A stretch of DNA of 64,000 nucleotides from Alphaproteobacteria bacterium (GTDB taxonomy: Bacteria; Pseudomonadota; Alphaproteobacteria; UBA7985), in NCBI GenBank assembly GCA_965660945.1, contig CBFIBS010000003.1:1843-65842 (forward strand). The letters run 5' to 3'. Positions 49,093 to 64,000 of the stretch are shown one piece after another. The stretch's first letter is position 1. The number at the start of each line of letters is the position of its first letter. The notes beneath the pieces are model-generated. The model saw only the letters and a program-made list of their open reading frames with translations. It had not been told where the DNA came from and searched no databases. The position numbers and the translations under genes are program-made.

Positions 49093-49869
49093 ATGACTGT
49101 TTGGAAAGAGGCCATGGGTGGGCTGGTCACCAGCCTTGCCTTTCTGACCCGTGTGCCGCTGCCTTCATTTCTGTTCAGCGACGGCGTCTCGACCGATCGG
49201 GCCGTCTGGGCCTTTCCCGTTGTCGGCGCACTGATCGGGCTGGCCTTGTGGGTGCTGCTTAGCCTGATCTCCGGCTTTGGCTTCCACCCGCTCGTGGTCG
49301 CTGTTGCCGTGGTGGCCGCGGGCCTGCTGATCACCGGCGCCTTGCACGAAGATGGCCTCGCAGACGTTGCCGACGGCCTTGGCGGCGGCGATCTCGCAAG
49401 GCGGCTGGAGATCATGAAGGACAGCAGACTGGGCGCCTTTGGTGTGCTGGCGCTGGTGCTCATGGTCGTGCTCAAAGTCGGCGTGGTGTACACCCTGGCC
49501 GACCCGCTGAAGCCCGGCCTTGCCTTGGCCCTGCTGGTCGGCGCAGCGGCCTGGTCCCGCGCGCTGATTACCGCCATCTGGGCCACCTTGCCCCCGGCCA
49601 TTCCCGGGGGGCTGGCCAGTGTCCGCCCGCACGTGCAACAGGCCGCGATCGCCCTTGCCATCGCGCTGGGGCTGCTTCTGGTTCTGCTGCTGCTCCTGCC
49701 CGGCACAGGCTTCCTGCTCGGTGGCGCCGTACTGGCAGCCATGGTGGTAGGCCTGTTCGCCCTCTTCGCCCGCTGGCAGTTCGGGGGCGTCACCGGCGAT
49801 GTCTGCGGCGCGGCCCAGGTGCTCGCTGAGCTGGCTTTTTTCGCCGCTGCCCTGGCCCACATCAGCTAA
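49093..49869 (+). CDS. cobS: Adenosylcobinamide-GDP ribazoletransferase (cobalamin synthase)
   Basis: MTVWKEAMGGLVTSLAFLTRVPLP... polytopic membrane protein with CobS-type HEDGLADVADGLGGG. Confidence 0.8.
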   Translation: MTVWKEAMGGLVTSLAFLTRVPLPSFLFSDGVSTDRAVWAFPVVGALIGLALWVLLSLISGFGFHPLVVAVAVVAAGLLITGALHEDGLADVADGLGGGDLARRLEIMKDSRLGAFGVLALVLMVVLKVGVVYTLADPLKPGLALALLVGAAAWSRALITAIWATLPPAIPGGLASVRPHVQQAAIALAIALGLLLVLLLLLPGTGFLLGGAVLAAMVVGLFALFARWQFGGVTGDVCGAAQVLAELAFFAAALAHIS

Positions 49870-49963
49870 GGAAACCCAGCCTGATCGGCGCCCTCCAACG
49901 TTGTGCACCGCGCACCGACTGCACCTCAACCTCTTCCACCGCTTCGACACGAAAGACATCACA

Positions 49964-50641
49964 ATGGCAGTAGTGACCCGCTGGTTCTGGGTCCGGCACG
50001 CGCCGGTCATCAACCCTGATCATATCGTCTACGGCGCCTCGGACATGCCCGTGGATGTCTCGGAAACCCATATGTTCGCCCCCGCTGCCCGGGCCCTGCC
50101 GCGCGGCGAAGACGTCCACTGGCTGACAAGCACCGCCGGGCGCACCCACCGCACCCGCGACGCCATCATCCGCGAGGGCTACCCCGCCATCACCAGCACC
50201 GAGGATGCCCGCTTCGCCGAGCAGGGGCTGGGCGACTGGGAGGGCCTGACGTGGGAAGAAGCCCTGCCCGGAGGCGAGCAGCACCCCTTTTGGCACACCA
50301 CCGCCGAATACCGCCCACCCAACGGCGAGAGCTTTACCGACGTGATCGAACGCGTCCACGCTGGGGTTCGTCACTGGACCGCCGCTTTCCGCGGCCAGGA
50401 TATCGTCTGCGTGGCCCACGGCGGCGTCATCCGCGCCATGGCCACCATCGCGCTGGGCATGGCGCCTGACAAGGGTTTGTCGATCGGGGTCGACAACTGC
50501 TCGATTAGCCGCTTCGACTGGGTCGAATATGGTGAAGCCCAGCCTAAGCAGGCCTGGCGCACGGGATACCTCAACCTCAGCCCACGCAAGCCCGACGGCT
50601 TTGCCAATGGCGCAGCGCTGAGCTCGGACGAGCGCGGCTGA
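49964..50641 (+). CDS. cobC: Histidine phosphatase family protein, probably alpha-ribazole phosphatase
   Basis: RHA catalytic motif (WFWVRHAPV), HGGVIRA. Follows cobS. Confidence 0.6.
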   Translation: MAVVTRWFWVRHAPVINPDHIVYGASDMPVDVSETHMFAPAARALPRGEDVHWLTSTAGRTHRTRDAIIREGYPAITSTEDARFAEQGLGDWEGLTWEEALPGGEQHPFWHTTAEYRPPNGESFTDVIERVHAGVRHWTAAFRGQDIVCVAHGGVIRAMATIALGMAPDKGLSIGVDNCSISRFDWVEYGEAQPKQAWRTGYLNLSPRKPDGFANGAALSSDERG

Positions 50642-50764
50642 GGGGTTACGCAACCCACCAAGGCCCTCAAACTGACGCCCTGCGCTAACACGCCCGGCAG
50701 CACGCAATTGCTTGTCTTCGCGCAAGATTCGGAGCGCACGTCCCCGGCAGTTCGGGTAGATTAA

Positions 50765-51793
50765 GTGCAGGCGTCGAGTAACGCGGCGCTTCTCAAGCAC
50801 GCCTTGGCAGGAAACCAGCGCATGATCCACGACCCGGACCGAGACGCAGCCCCCGCACGTCCGCAGGATGCAGCCGCCGCATCCACCCTGGAAAGGGTGG
50901 CTAGCGACAGCCCCGCCGATGTCCGGCTGGCGCAGGCCGCTGCGGACCTTATCGATGCCCGGATTGACGCGGGCCTCGACCACCGCGCCCTGACGCTGAA
51001 GGCCCTCGCAGCCGATCTCGAAACCTCGCCCACCCAGCTGCAACGGCTGTTTACCCGAGTGGTCGGCGTCTCGCCGTGGGACTACGGCGCACAGCGGCGC
51101 GCCGACGCCTTTCGCCAGCATCTGCGCAGCGACGCCAGCGTGACCGACGCCATCTACGCCGCGGGCTACAGCAGCGCCAGCCGGGTTTACGAGCAGAGCG
51201 GTTTCATGCTCGGCATGACCCCCGCCTCCTACGCCCGGGCAGGCAAGGGCGCTTCCATCACCTTCGATATCGTTGACAGCCCGCTGAACCGATTGCTGGT
51301 GGCGACCACCGAAACCGGGCTGTGCTTTCTGGCCTTCGGGGATGACGACGCAGCCCTGACCGCCGAGTTACAGGCCGAATTCATCGCAGCGACCGGCGTA
51401 AACCGCGACCCTGCCGGCCTGCGCAGCGTGCTCGAAGACGTGGTCGAGCACCTCGAGACGGGTCATATGCCCTCGCGGCAGCTGGCGCTGGACGTGCAGG
51501 GCACGGCCTTCCAGCGGCGGGTATGGCAGGCCCTGCTGGCCATGCCTGCTGGCGCGGTTCTGACCTACAGCGAGCTGGGTGAAGAAATGGGGCTGGAGAA
51601 CGGTCAGCGCGCGGTCGCACGGGGCTGCGCCACCAACAAGGTGTCGCTGCTCATTCCCTGCCACCGGATCGTCCGGAGCGACGGCGGGTTGGGCGGATAT
51701 CGCTGGGGTCTCAAGCGAAAACAGAGACTTTTAGCTATGGAATCGGACCGATTTGGTGCAAAAGAGACGGGTTCCAGAGATCGTCTCCTCTAG
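50765..51793 (+). CDS. ada: Ada-like bifunctional protein: AraC-type HTH regulator fused to O6-methylguanine-DNA methyltransferase
   Basis: AraC HTH region, then a C-terminal MGMT domain with the active-site LIPCHRIV (PCHR motif). Confidence 0.75.
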   Translation: MQASSNAALLKHALAGNQRMIHDPDRDAAPARPQDAAAASTLERVASDSPADVRLAQAAADLIDARIDAGLDHRALTLKALAADLETSPTQLQRLFTRVVGVSPWDYGAQRRADAFRQHLRSDASVTDAIYAAGYSSASRVYEQSGFMLGMTPASYARAGKGASITFDIVDSPLNRLLVATTETGLCFLAFGDDDAALTAELQAEFIAATGVNRDPAGLRSVLEDVVEHLETGHMPSRQLALDVQGTAFQRRVWQALLAMPAGAVLTYSELGEEMGLENGQRAVARGCATNKVSLLIPCHRIVRSDGGLGGYRWGLKRKQRLLAMESDRFGAKETGSRDRLL

Positions 51794-51811
51794 CCCAAGG
51801 GCCGCCCGGCT

Positions 51812-52561
51812 TTGCGCATCTTTTCCAAGTCCCTCCAAGACCCGGAAACCATCATCCTTGCCGATCGCCGCTTCGATGTCAGCGTCAACCGGCTTAAACG
51901 GGCGCGGCGCCTGACCCTGCGCATCGACACCAATACCTCGCGGGTGAAAATCAGCGCTCCGGCCTCGGTCGAGGCCGAGCTGGTCCATGGCTTCCTCGAG
52001 CGAAACAGGCCTTGGCTGGAGAGACAGATCGCCAGCCGACCCGACCTCGAAGTCGTCCGTGACGGCAGTCTGATCCCGTTTCGTGGACAAGACACACAGA
52101 TCATCATCGACCCCGCTGTGACCCGCATCACGTTTGATGATGCCGATGGCCGCCCAAGCCTACGCCTGCCCCGGCGGGGCGAGCCGATCCTGCGCCTGCA
52201 GCGTTTCCTCGTGGACGAAGCCCGCCGTGACCTCACCGCCCGCGCTGAAAGACTCTCAGGCGTGCTAGGCCGTCCGTTCCGCAGCCTGCACGTGCGCGAC
52301 ACCAAGAGCCGCTGGGGGTCCTGCTCATCGCGGGCGGGGCTGAATTTCTCGTGGCGGCTGATTTTTGGCGAGGACCGCGTGCGCGAGTACGTTGTCGCGC
52401 ACGAAGTCGCTCATCTGCGCCATATGGACCACAGCCCGGCGTTCTGGGCGCAGTGCGAAGCGCTGTGTCCGCCCGACCTCGACATCGGCTGGGCCAAGCG
52501 CCAGTTGCGGGAGAACGGCAAGCGCTGGCACGCACTGGTCTTCGATGGCTCGGTGGCCTGA
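51812..52561 (+). CDS. YgjP/DUF45-type M48-like metal-dependent hydrolase
   Basis: HExxH motif (VVAHEVAHLRHMDHSPAFW) and WGSCS. 249 aa. Confidence 0.7.
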   Translation: MRIFSKSLQDPETIILADRRFDVSVNRLKRARRLTLRIDTNTSRVKISAPASVEAELVHGFLERNRPWLERQIASRPDLEVVRDGSLIPFRGQDTQIIIDPAVTRITFDDADGRPSLRLPRRGEPILRLQRFLVDEARRDLTARAERLSGVLGRPFRSLHVRDTKSRWGSCSSRAGLNFSWRLIFGEDRVREYVVAHEVAHLRHMDHSPAFWAQCEALCPPDLDIGWAKRQLRENGKRWHALVFDGSVA

Positions 52562-53361
52562 TGCGGCCCCGTAACCAGCCCGAAATCCTGCTCCGGCGCG
52601 CCGACCGCAGCGATCTGGGCGCCCTGCTGAGCCTGATCCATCGCTTTGCCACCGAGAGCGGTGAGCCCGGCGGCGGGGTCAGTGATGCGGTCGTGCTCGA
52701 ACGCGCGCTGCGCCATCTCGTGGTCTACATGACCTATTTCAACGACGATCCCACCGGTTACGTGCTGGGTATGGAGTCGCTGGGCGGGCGCGGATCGGCA
52801 ACCCCGCAACTGCCGGGCTACTACCTCTGTGATCTCTACGTCGATCCCAGCTGGCGCCAGCACGGGCTGGGCCGGGCCATGCTCTCGGCCATGCTGCAGA
52901 CCCCGACCAGCTGGGGGCCGACTCGTTTCCTGCGCTGGGAGACGTCGACCCGGCCGGAAGCGGCGCAGGCCAATGCCTTCTACGAGCGGGTTTTCCCCGA
53001 ACGCCACGTCGGTCAGCCTTTCGTCTGGCCCGCGCCGCTGGATGCCGCCGATATCACGCCGGAACGCTATATGGCCTTCCGCCCCCGCCGCCTGATGACG
53101 GATCAGGCCTGGCTGTCGGTCGAGCCGGCGTTCTCGACCCAGAGCGGGCGCTGGTTTGCCCGCCTGCACGAGCTCGCAGGAGACCGGGCCGACGTGCCGC
53201 AGCTGCTCAGCGCCGTCGCCTCTGACGGCTACGCGCACCTCGCCATGGCAGAGACCCTCGACCTGCCCGAGGGGGAGGCACAGAACCTCATCCCCGGCTG
53301 CTATCCGCTGGAACAGGCACAGGCCTGCCTGGTGGTGTTCCCGCCGCCGCAAGAAAAATAA
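52561..53361 (+). CDS. GNAT family N-acetyltransferase
   Basis: ATG overlaps the previous stop. Acetyl-CoA-binding-like segment VDPSWRQHGLGRAML. Confidence 0.55.
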   Translation: MRPRNQPEILLRRADRSDLGALLSLIHRFATESGEPGGGVSDAVVLERALRHLVVYMTYFNDDPTGYVLGMESLGGRGSATPQLPGYYLCDLYVDPSWRQHGLGRAMLSAMLQTPTSWGPTRFLRWETSTRPEAAQANAFYERVFPERHVGQPFVWPAPLDAADITPERYMAFRPRRLMTDQAWLSVEPAFSTQSGRWFARLHELAGDRADVPQLLSAVASDGYAHLAMAETLDLPEGEAQNLIPGCYPLEQAQACLVVFPPPQEK

Positions 53362-53410
53362 TTGATCTGCGGGGATACGCGCCATCAATCCGCCGTATCA
53401 CCCTGCAGAA

Positions 53411-53432
53411 GAACACGTTTCCGACCAGTCTC
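53411..53432 (+). promoter_or_regulatory. Candidate ECF-type autoregulated promoter (GAAC-N13-GTCTC) upstream of the sigma factor gene
   Basis: AGAACACgtttccgaccaGTCTCaa lies about 50 nt upstream of the ATG. It resembles the GGAAC...GTCT ECF consensus, though the spacer is shorter than the canonical length. Confidence 0.3.
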
Positions 53433-53479
53433 AAGCCTAAGATTTTGAGGGGTCGCAATCGGGAGAAGAAGACACCGGG

Positions 53480-54061
53480 ATGCTCGACGCGCTTCGTCAA
53501 GGTGATCCACGGACCTGGCAGGCCTTCTGTCAGGACCATGCCGGGCTGGTGCTCCACGTGGTGCGCCAGACCTTCGCCCGCTATGGCGTGGGCGGGGACG
53601 CCCATGACATCGAAGACGTGGGGCAGGAGGTGTTCATCCGCCTGTCCAAGCAGGACTTTGCCCTGCTCAAGCGGTTTGACCCGGCCCGCGCCAAACTGAC
53701 CACGTTTCTTCGCGTTGTCGCCAGTTCGACCACCATCGACTGGCTCCGCCGTCGCCGCCCGCAGGGTGACGACATCGATGACCACGCCGCCGCGCTGGTC
53801 GACGAGCGGGCATCTGCGGCCTTTGACGGCATCGGAGAGAGCCAGTCGGCGCTCGAAGCGGTCGAAGCCGAAATCGGGGAGGCCGGTCTGTCCGACCGGC
53901 AACGGGCGATCCTGAGGCTCATGTTCGACGAGGACATGGACGTCGAGGACATCGCTGGGAAATTGGGTATCGCCGCGCAGACGGTGCGCAGTGCCAAGCA
54001 CAAGGCGATGGTGAAGCTGAGAGGCGCTTTTGAGGCCAAACAGGGCAAGGAGGCCCGGTGA
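53480..54061 (+). CDS. ECF (sigma-70 family group IV) RNA polymerase sigma factor
   Basis: Sigma-2 region (FQDHAGLVLHVVRQTF... DVGQEVFIRL) and sigma-4 HTH (DIAGKLGIAAQTVRSAKHKA). Confidence 0.75.
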   Translation: MLDALRQGDPRTWQAFCQDHAGLVLHVVRQTFARYGVGGDAHDIEDVGQEVFIRLSKQDFALLKRFDPARAKLTTFLRVVASSTTIDWLRRRRPQGDDIDDHAAALVDERASAAFDGIGESQSALEAVEAEIGEAGLSDRQRAILRLMFDEDMDVEDIAGKLGIAAQTVRSAKHKAMVKLRGAFEAKQGKEAR

Positions 54062-54576
54062 CGGTGACAAAGAACAATAAAAAAGAGCAGGATAGAACAG
54101 TTCTGCCTGAAGACTTCGATCCTATGGAGATGGCGGCTTTTCTTGATGGAGAAGCCAACACGGAAATGGTGCGTGGGCTGACCGAATCTCCGGCCCTGCG
54201 CGCTGTCGCTGCGGCCGGGCTCGATCAGAGCGAGGTCAGCGATGTCGCCGCAGCCGCTCGCCTCGCTGCGCGCGCAGCGCCGCTGGCGCCACGGCATGCG
54301 ACAGCGGCCCCCGGTGTCCGGCCTTCCTTATCGGCGGGCTTGTTCGGCCTGTTCCGCACCGCGAACGGTGGCGCGGACTGGCGGGCAACAGCAGCAGGCG
54401 TGGTGCTGGGGCTGTTCGGTTTCGGCGTCGGTCTTGCCGGCGGCATGGGCATCGGTGGCACCGGCCTGGATGCCGACGAAGTCCTGATCTCCGCCAGTGC
54501 AGTCGACCTGTTTGCACGCGACAGCGACACCATCGGTGCGAGCGACTTTGACACCCTCTTTGGCAGCCTCGAGTAG
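54058..54576 (+). CDS. Putative anti-sigma factor (membrane-spanning)
   Basis: Start overlaps the sigma factor stop. N-terminal EMAAFLDGEA matches the anti-sigma consensus (xxAYLDGEL). Central TM helix. Confidence 0.5.
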   Translation: MTVTKNNKKEQDRTVLPEDFDPMEMAAFLDGEANTEMVRGLTESPALRAVAAAGLDQSEVSDVAAAARLAARAAPLAPRHATAAPGVRPSLSAGLFGLFRTANGGADWRATAAGVVLGLFGFGVGLAGGMGIGGTGLDADEVLISASAVDLFARDSDTIGASDFDTLFGSLE

Positions 54577-54586
54577 GAGCGGGACC

Positions 54587-55159
54587 ATGACACGGATACT
54601 CGGACTTATCATTGTAGTGTTGCTGGCCCTGTGCATCGGCCTGTCGGCAGCGCTGTTCAAAACCGGGCATGACGCCCGCCGGGACATCATGAAACTCAGC
54701 CGCGACCTGCACATCCGCAACGTCTTCGACGGGCCGCGGGGCAAGGATGGCCCCGACGCCGAGCGCGACGGCAACCGCGCTGAAGGCGATGGCAAAGGCG
54801 AAAACCCGAACAGGCGGCAGGGTGTCGGCAGCTTCAAGGACGTGCGCGACCGGCTCGGTCTGGATCAGGACCAGGCCAAGATGCTGCGCCAGTTTCTGAA
54901 GAGCCGTCGGACCTTGCGCCAGACCTCGGTGGAGGCGTTGCAGGAAAGCACGGCTGACTTCAGGGTCGCTGTGACGGCGGAGACCTTCGACCGTGCCGCC
55001 GTGAAGGCCCTGCGCGAGGGCTTGATCACCACGCGCCGGGACGAAAGCGAAGCCGCTTTTGAAGGCTTGCTGAACTTCGTCGAAACCCTGTCGGCGGAGC
55101 AGCGTGAGGCTTTGCTGGAGCTTGTTCAAAACAGACCGAACTCGCTCTTGTTCCTTTAG
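54587..55159 (+). CDS. Periplasmic LTXXQ-motif protein (Spy/CpxP-like heavy-metal or stress sensor family)
   Basis: Signal/anchor MTRILGLIIVVLLALCIGLSAALF and repeated LxxxQ motifs (DQAKMLRQFL, LSAEQREALL). Third gene of the ECF cassette. Confidence 0.5.
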   Translation: MTRILGLIIVVLLALCIGLSAALFKTGHDARRDIMKLSRDLHIRNVFDGPRGKDGPDAERDGNRAEGDGKGENPNRRQGVGSFKDVRDRLGLDQDQAKMLRQFLKSRRTLRQTSVEALQESTADFRVAVTAETFDRAAVKALREGLITTRRDESEAAFEGLLNFVETLSAEQREALLELVQNRPNSLLFL

Positions 55160-55212
55160 CCCTGCGGGTCTATTCCTTATCGTCTTGAGGAATTAGAGGG
55201 ACCCGTCTCGCC

Positions 55213-56331
55213 ATGGATCTTCGTATTGAACGTCAGAGCCTGATGCGCAGTCTGTCGCATGTGCAGAGCGTCGTTGAGCGGCGGAATACCATTCCGATTT
55301 TGTCCAACGTCCTGATCGAGTGCGGCGACGGCGCCGTGACCCTGACCGCGACCGATATGGACCTGACCCTGACCGAAACTACGGGCGCCAGCGTCCCGAC
55401 CAGCGGCGCGGTGACGGCACCGGCGCACATGCTGTTCGATATCGTGCGCAAGCTGCCCGACGGCGTCGAGGTTGGCCTGACAAAATCTGACGGCAGCGAC
55501 CGCATGACCCTCACGGCGGGTAAGGCGCGCTTCGAGCTTTCCACGCTCCCGCGCGAAGATTACCCGGCGCTTGACGGCGTGGACCTGCCGATTTCCTTTG
55601 AAATGCCGGCCGAAGAGCTGAAAACCCTGATCGAGCGCACCCGGTTTGCGATTTCGACCGAGGAAACCCGCTACTACCTCAACGGCATCTACCTGCACGC
55701 CATGGGCGAGGGCGCTTCGGCGGTTCTGCGCGCGGTGGCCACCGACGGTCACCGGCTGGCGCGCTTCGAAACCGTGCTGCCGACCGGCGCGGCTGATATG
55801 CCCGGCGTCATTATCCCGCGCAAGACCGTGGGCGAGCTGGTCAAACTGCTCGACGACAGCGACGAGAGCGTGCGCATTGCCCTGTCTGACTCGCGGATCG
55901 AATTCCGCTTCTCCGACGTCACGCTGTCGTCCAAGCTGATCGACGGCACCTTCCCCGACTACGAGCGGGTGATCCCGACCCAGAACGACAAGCCAATGAC
56001 CGTCGACAAAGCCTCCTTCGCGCAGGCGGTCGACCGGGTGTCGACCATTGCCTCGGCCGAAAGCCGTGCGGTCAAGCTGTCGGCAACCTCCGGGCGGCTG
56101 AACCTGTCGGCCAACTCGCCCGATCGGGGGCAGGCCAGCGAGGATATCGACGTCGACTACGGCGCGACCGATATCGAAATCGGCTTCAACGCCCGCTATT
56201 TGCTCGACATCGCCACCCAGCTTTCCGGCGAAACGGCCGAGTTCGTCTTCGCTGACGCCGGCTCGCCGACGCTGGTCAAAGACCGTGACAACGCGGCGGT
56301 GCTCTACGTCCTCATGCCGATGCGGGTTTAG
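55213..56331 (+). CDS. dnaN: DNA polymerase III beta sliding clamp
   Basis: MDLRIERQSLMRSLSHVQSVVERRNTIPILSNVLIE... 372 aa. Confidence 0.9.
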   Translation: MDLRIERQSLMRSLSHVQSVVERRNTIPILSNVLIECGDGAVTLTATDMDLTLTETTGASVPTSGAVTAPAHMLFDIVRKLPDGVEVGLTKSDGSDRMTLTAGKARFELSTLPREDYPALDGVDLPISFEMPAEELKTLIERTRFAISTEETRYYLNGIYLHAMGEGASAVLRAVATDGHRLARFETVLPTGAADMPGVIIPRKTVGELVKLLDDSDESVRIALSDSRIEFRFSDVTLSSKLIDGTFPDYERVIPTQNDKPMTVDKASFAQAVDRVSTIASAESRAVKLSATSGRLNLSANSPDRGQASEDIDVDYGATDIEIGFNARYLLDIATQLSGETAEFVFADAGSPTLVKDRDNAAVLYVLMPMRV

Positions 56332-56369
56332 GCTGATCCAGTCGATCCGGACGCAGGGGCGAAGGTAGA

Positions 56370-61876
<5,507 letters not shown>

Positions 61877-61929
61877 GGGGATGCCAGCGGGCTCAGCCGT
61901 CGTAAGGGGGGATACAGGAGGACCTGCTC

Positions 61930-63270
<1,341 letters not shown>

Positions 63271-63273
63271 CCC

Positions 63274-64000
63274 GTGAACCAGTCCTTTCTCAACCGACGC
63301 GCCTTCCTTGCCTCCGCCTGCGCCGGGGGTCTGGCGACCAGCTTTGCGCCCTCGATCAGCTTTGCCCAATCGGCGACTGACCAGCGTTTTGTGTTTGTGC
63401 TGCTGCGCGGGGCCATGGACGGCCTGCACGCCGTCGTGCCCTACGGTGATCCGGCCTACGCCTCGGCGCGCGGCCAGCTCGCCTACGACAGCAGCGTGCT
63501 GACGCCGCTGGACAGCACCTTTGCCCTTGCGCCCGGTCTGTCGCCGCTGGCGCCGGCCTTCCTCGAGGGCGAGCTGCTGCCGGTTCAGGGCCTCGCCATC
63601 CCCTACCGCACGCGCTCGCACTTTGACGCGCAGTCGATCCTCGAAACCGGCTTGGACAAGCCCGTGGGAACCGCCACCGGCTGGCTCAATCGAACCCTTG
63701 GCGTGATCGGTGGTGCCTCGGGCGCCGGGATCGCGGTCGGCGGCGGCTTGCCGACCTCGCTGCGTGGTGAGGTGCCCGTTGCTACGTGGGCGCCCAAGGT
63801 GCAGCGCGATGGTGACGAAGCCTTCCTCGCCGACCTCTCGCGGCTCTACAACCAGGATCCGCAGCTCGCCGACAGCTTCACGGCGGCCCTGAACCTGCAG
63901 GAGCAGGCCATGGTCATGGACTCCGGCGGCGGCAAGCGTGGGCTGGCACTGTTCGACCAGCTGTTCTCGGCCACCGGCCGTTTCCTCGAAGCCGACGACG
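63274..64000 (+). CDS. DUF1501 (sulfatase-like, Tat-exported) protein, N-terminal part; continues beyond the window
   Basis: GTG start. Twin-arginine signal NRRAFLASACAGGLATSFA, then FVFVLLRGAMDGL, typical of DUF1501. No stop before the window end in this frame. Confidence 0.55.
   Translation, partial: MNQSFLNRRAFLASACAGGLATSFAPSISFAQSATDQRFVFVLLRGAMDGLHAVVPYGDPAYASARGQLAYDSSVLTPLDSTFALAPGLSPLAPAFLEGELLPVQGLAIPYRTRSHFDAQSILETGLDKPVGTATGWLNRTLGVIGGASGAGIAVGGGLPTSLRGEVPVATWAPKVQRDGDEAFLADLSRLYNQDPQLADSFTAALNLQEQAMVMDSGGGKRGLALFDQLFSATGRFLEADD

Noticed and set aside
49038-50013. 274-282 aa minus-strand ORFs antisense to cobS/cobC
   Set aside because: Antisense artefacts of a GC-rich membrane-protein gene.

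Overview
High-GC (about 65%) bacterial chromosome segment. Gene content and order point to an alphaproteobacterium: yfgM-bamB-der, radA-cvpA, hemD-hemX-hemY, the regB/regA (actS/actR) pair, dnaN-recF-gyrB without dnaA, a two-CSD cold-shock protein, and an Omp2/RopA-like porin ending in Phe. Most of the window is densely packed housekeeping: xylAB, purH, secA, typA, polA, alr, cobTSC, ada, rsmB, tsaD. The one stretch that reads as accessory is the first ~4.8 kb. Its codon usage is visibly AT-richer, and two paralogous FG-GAP (integrin-alpha-like) repeat proteins flank a TIGR03032/DUF4915-like protein. A 680-bp AT-rich non-coding gap sits between the TIGR03032 gene and the second FG-GAP gene. 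I found no CRISPR array, tRNA, rRNA, transposase, integrase or recognisable defence or toxin system. Several structured intergenic elements are worth a second look. They include a 41-nt repeat present twice in inverted orientation, part of a CCGCGAAGCGG palindromic motif family, and an 18-bp perfect palindrome. Many long ORFs in the six-frame track lie antisense to confident genes. I treat them as GC-driven artefacts. Start codons of several genes are uncertain because the ORF track also accepts GTG/TTG starts.
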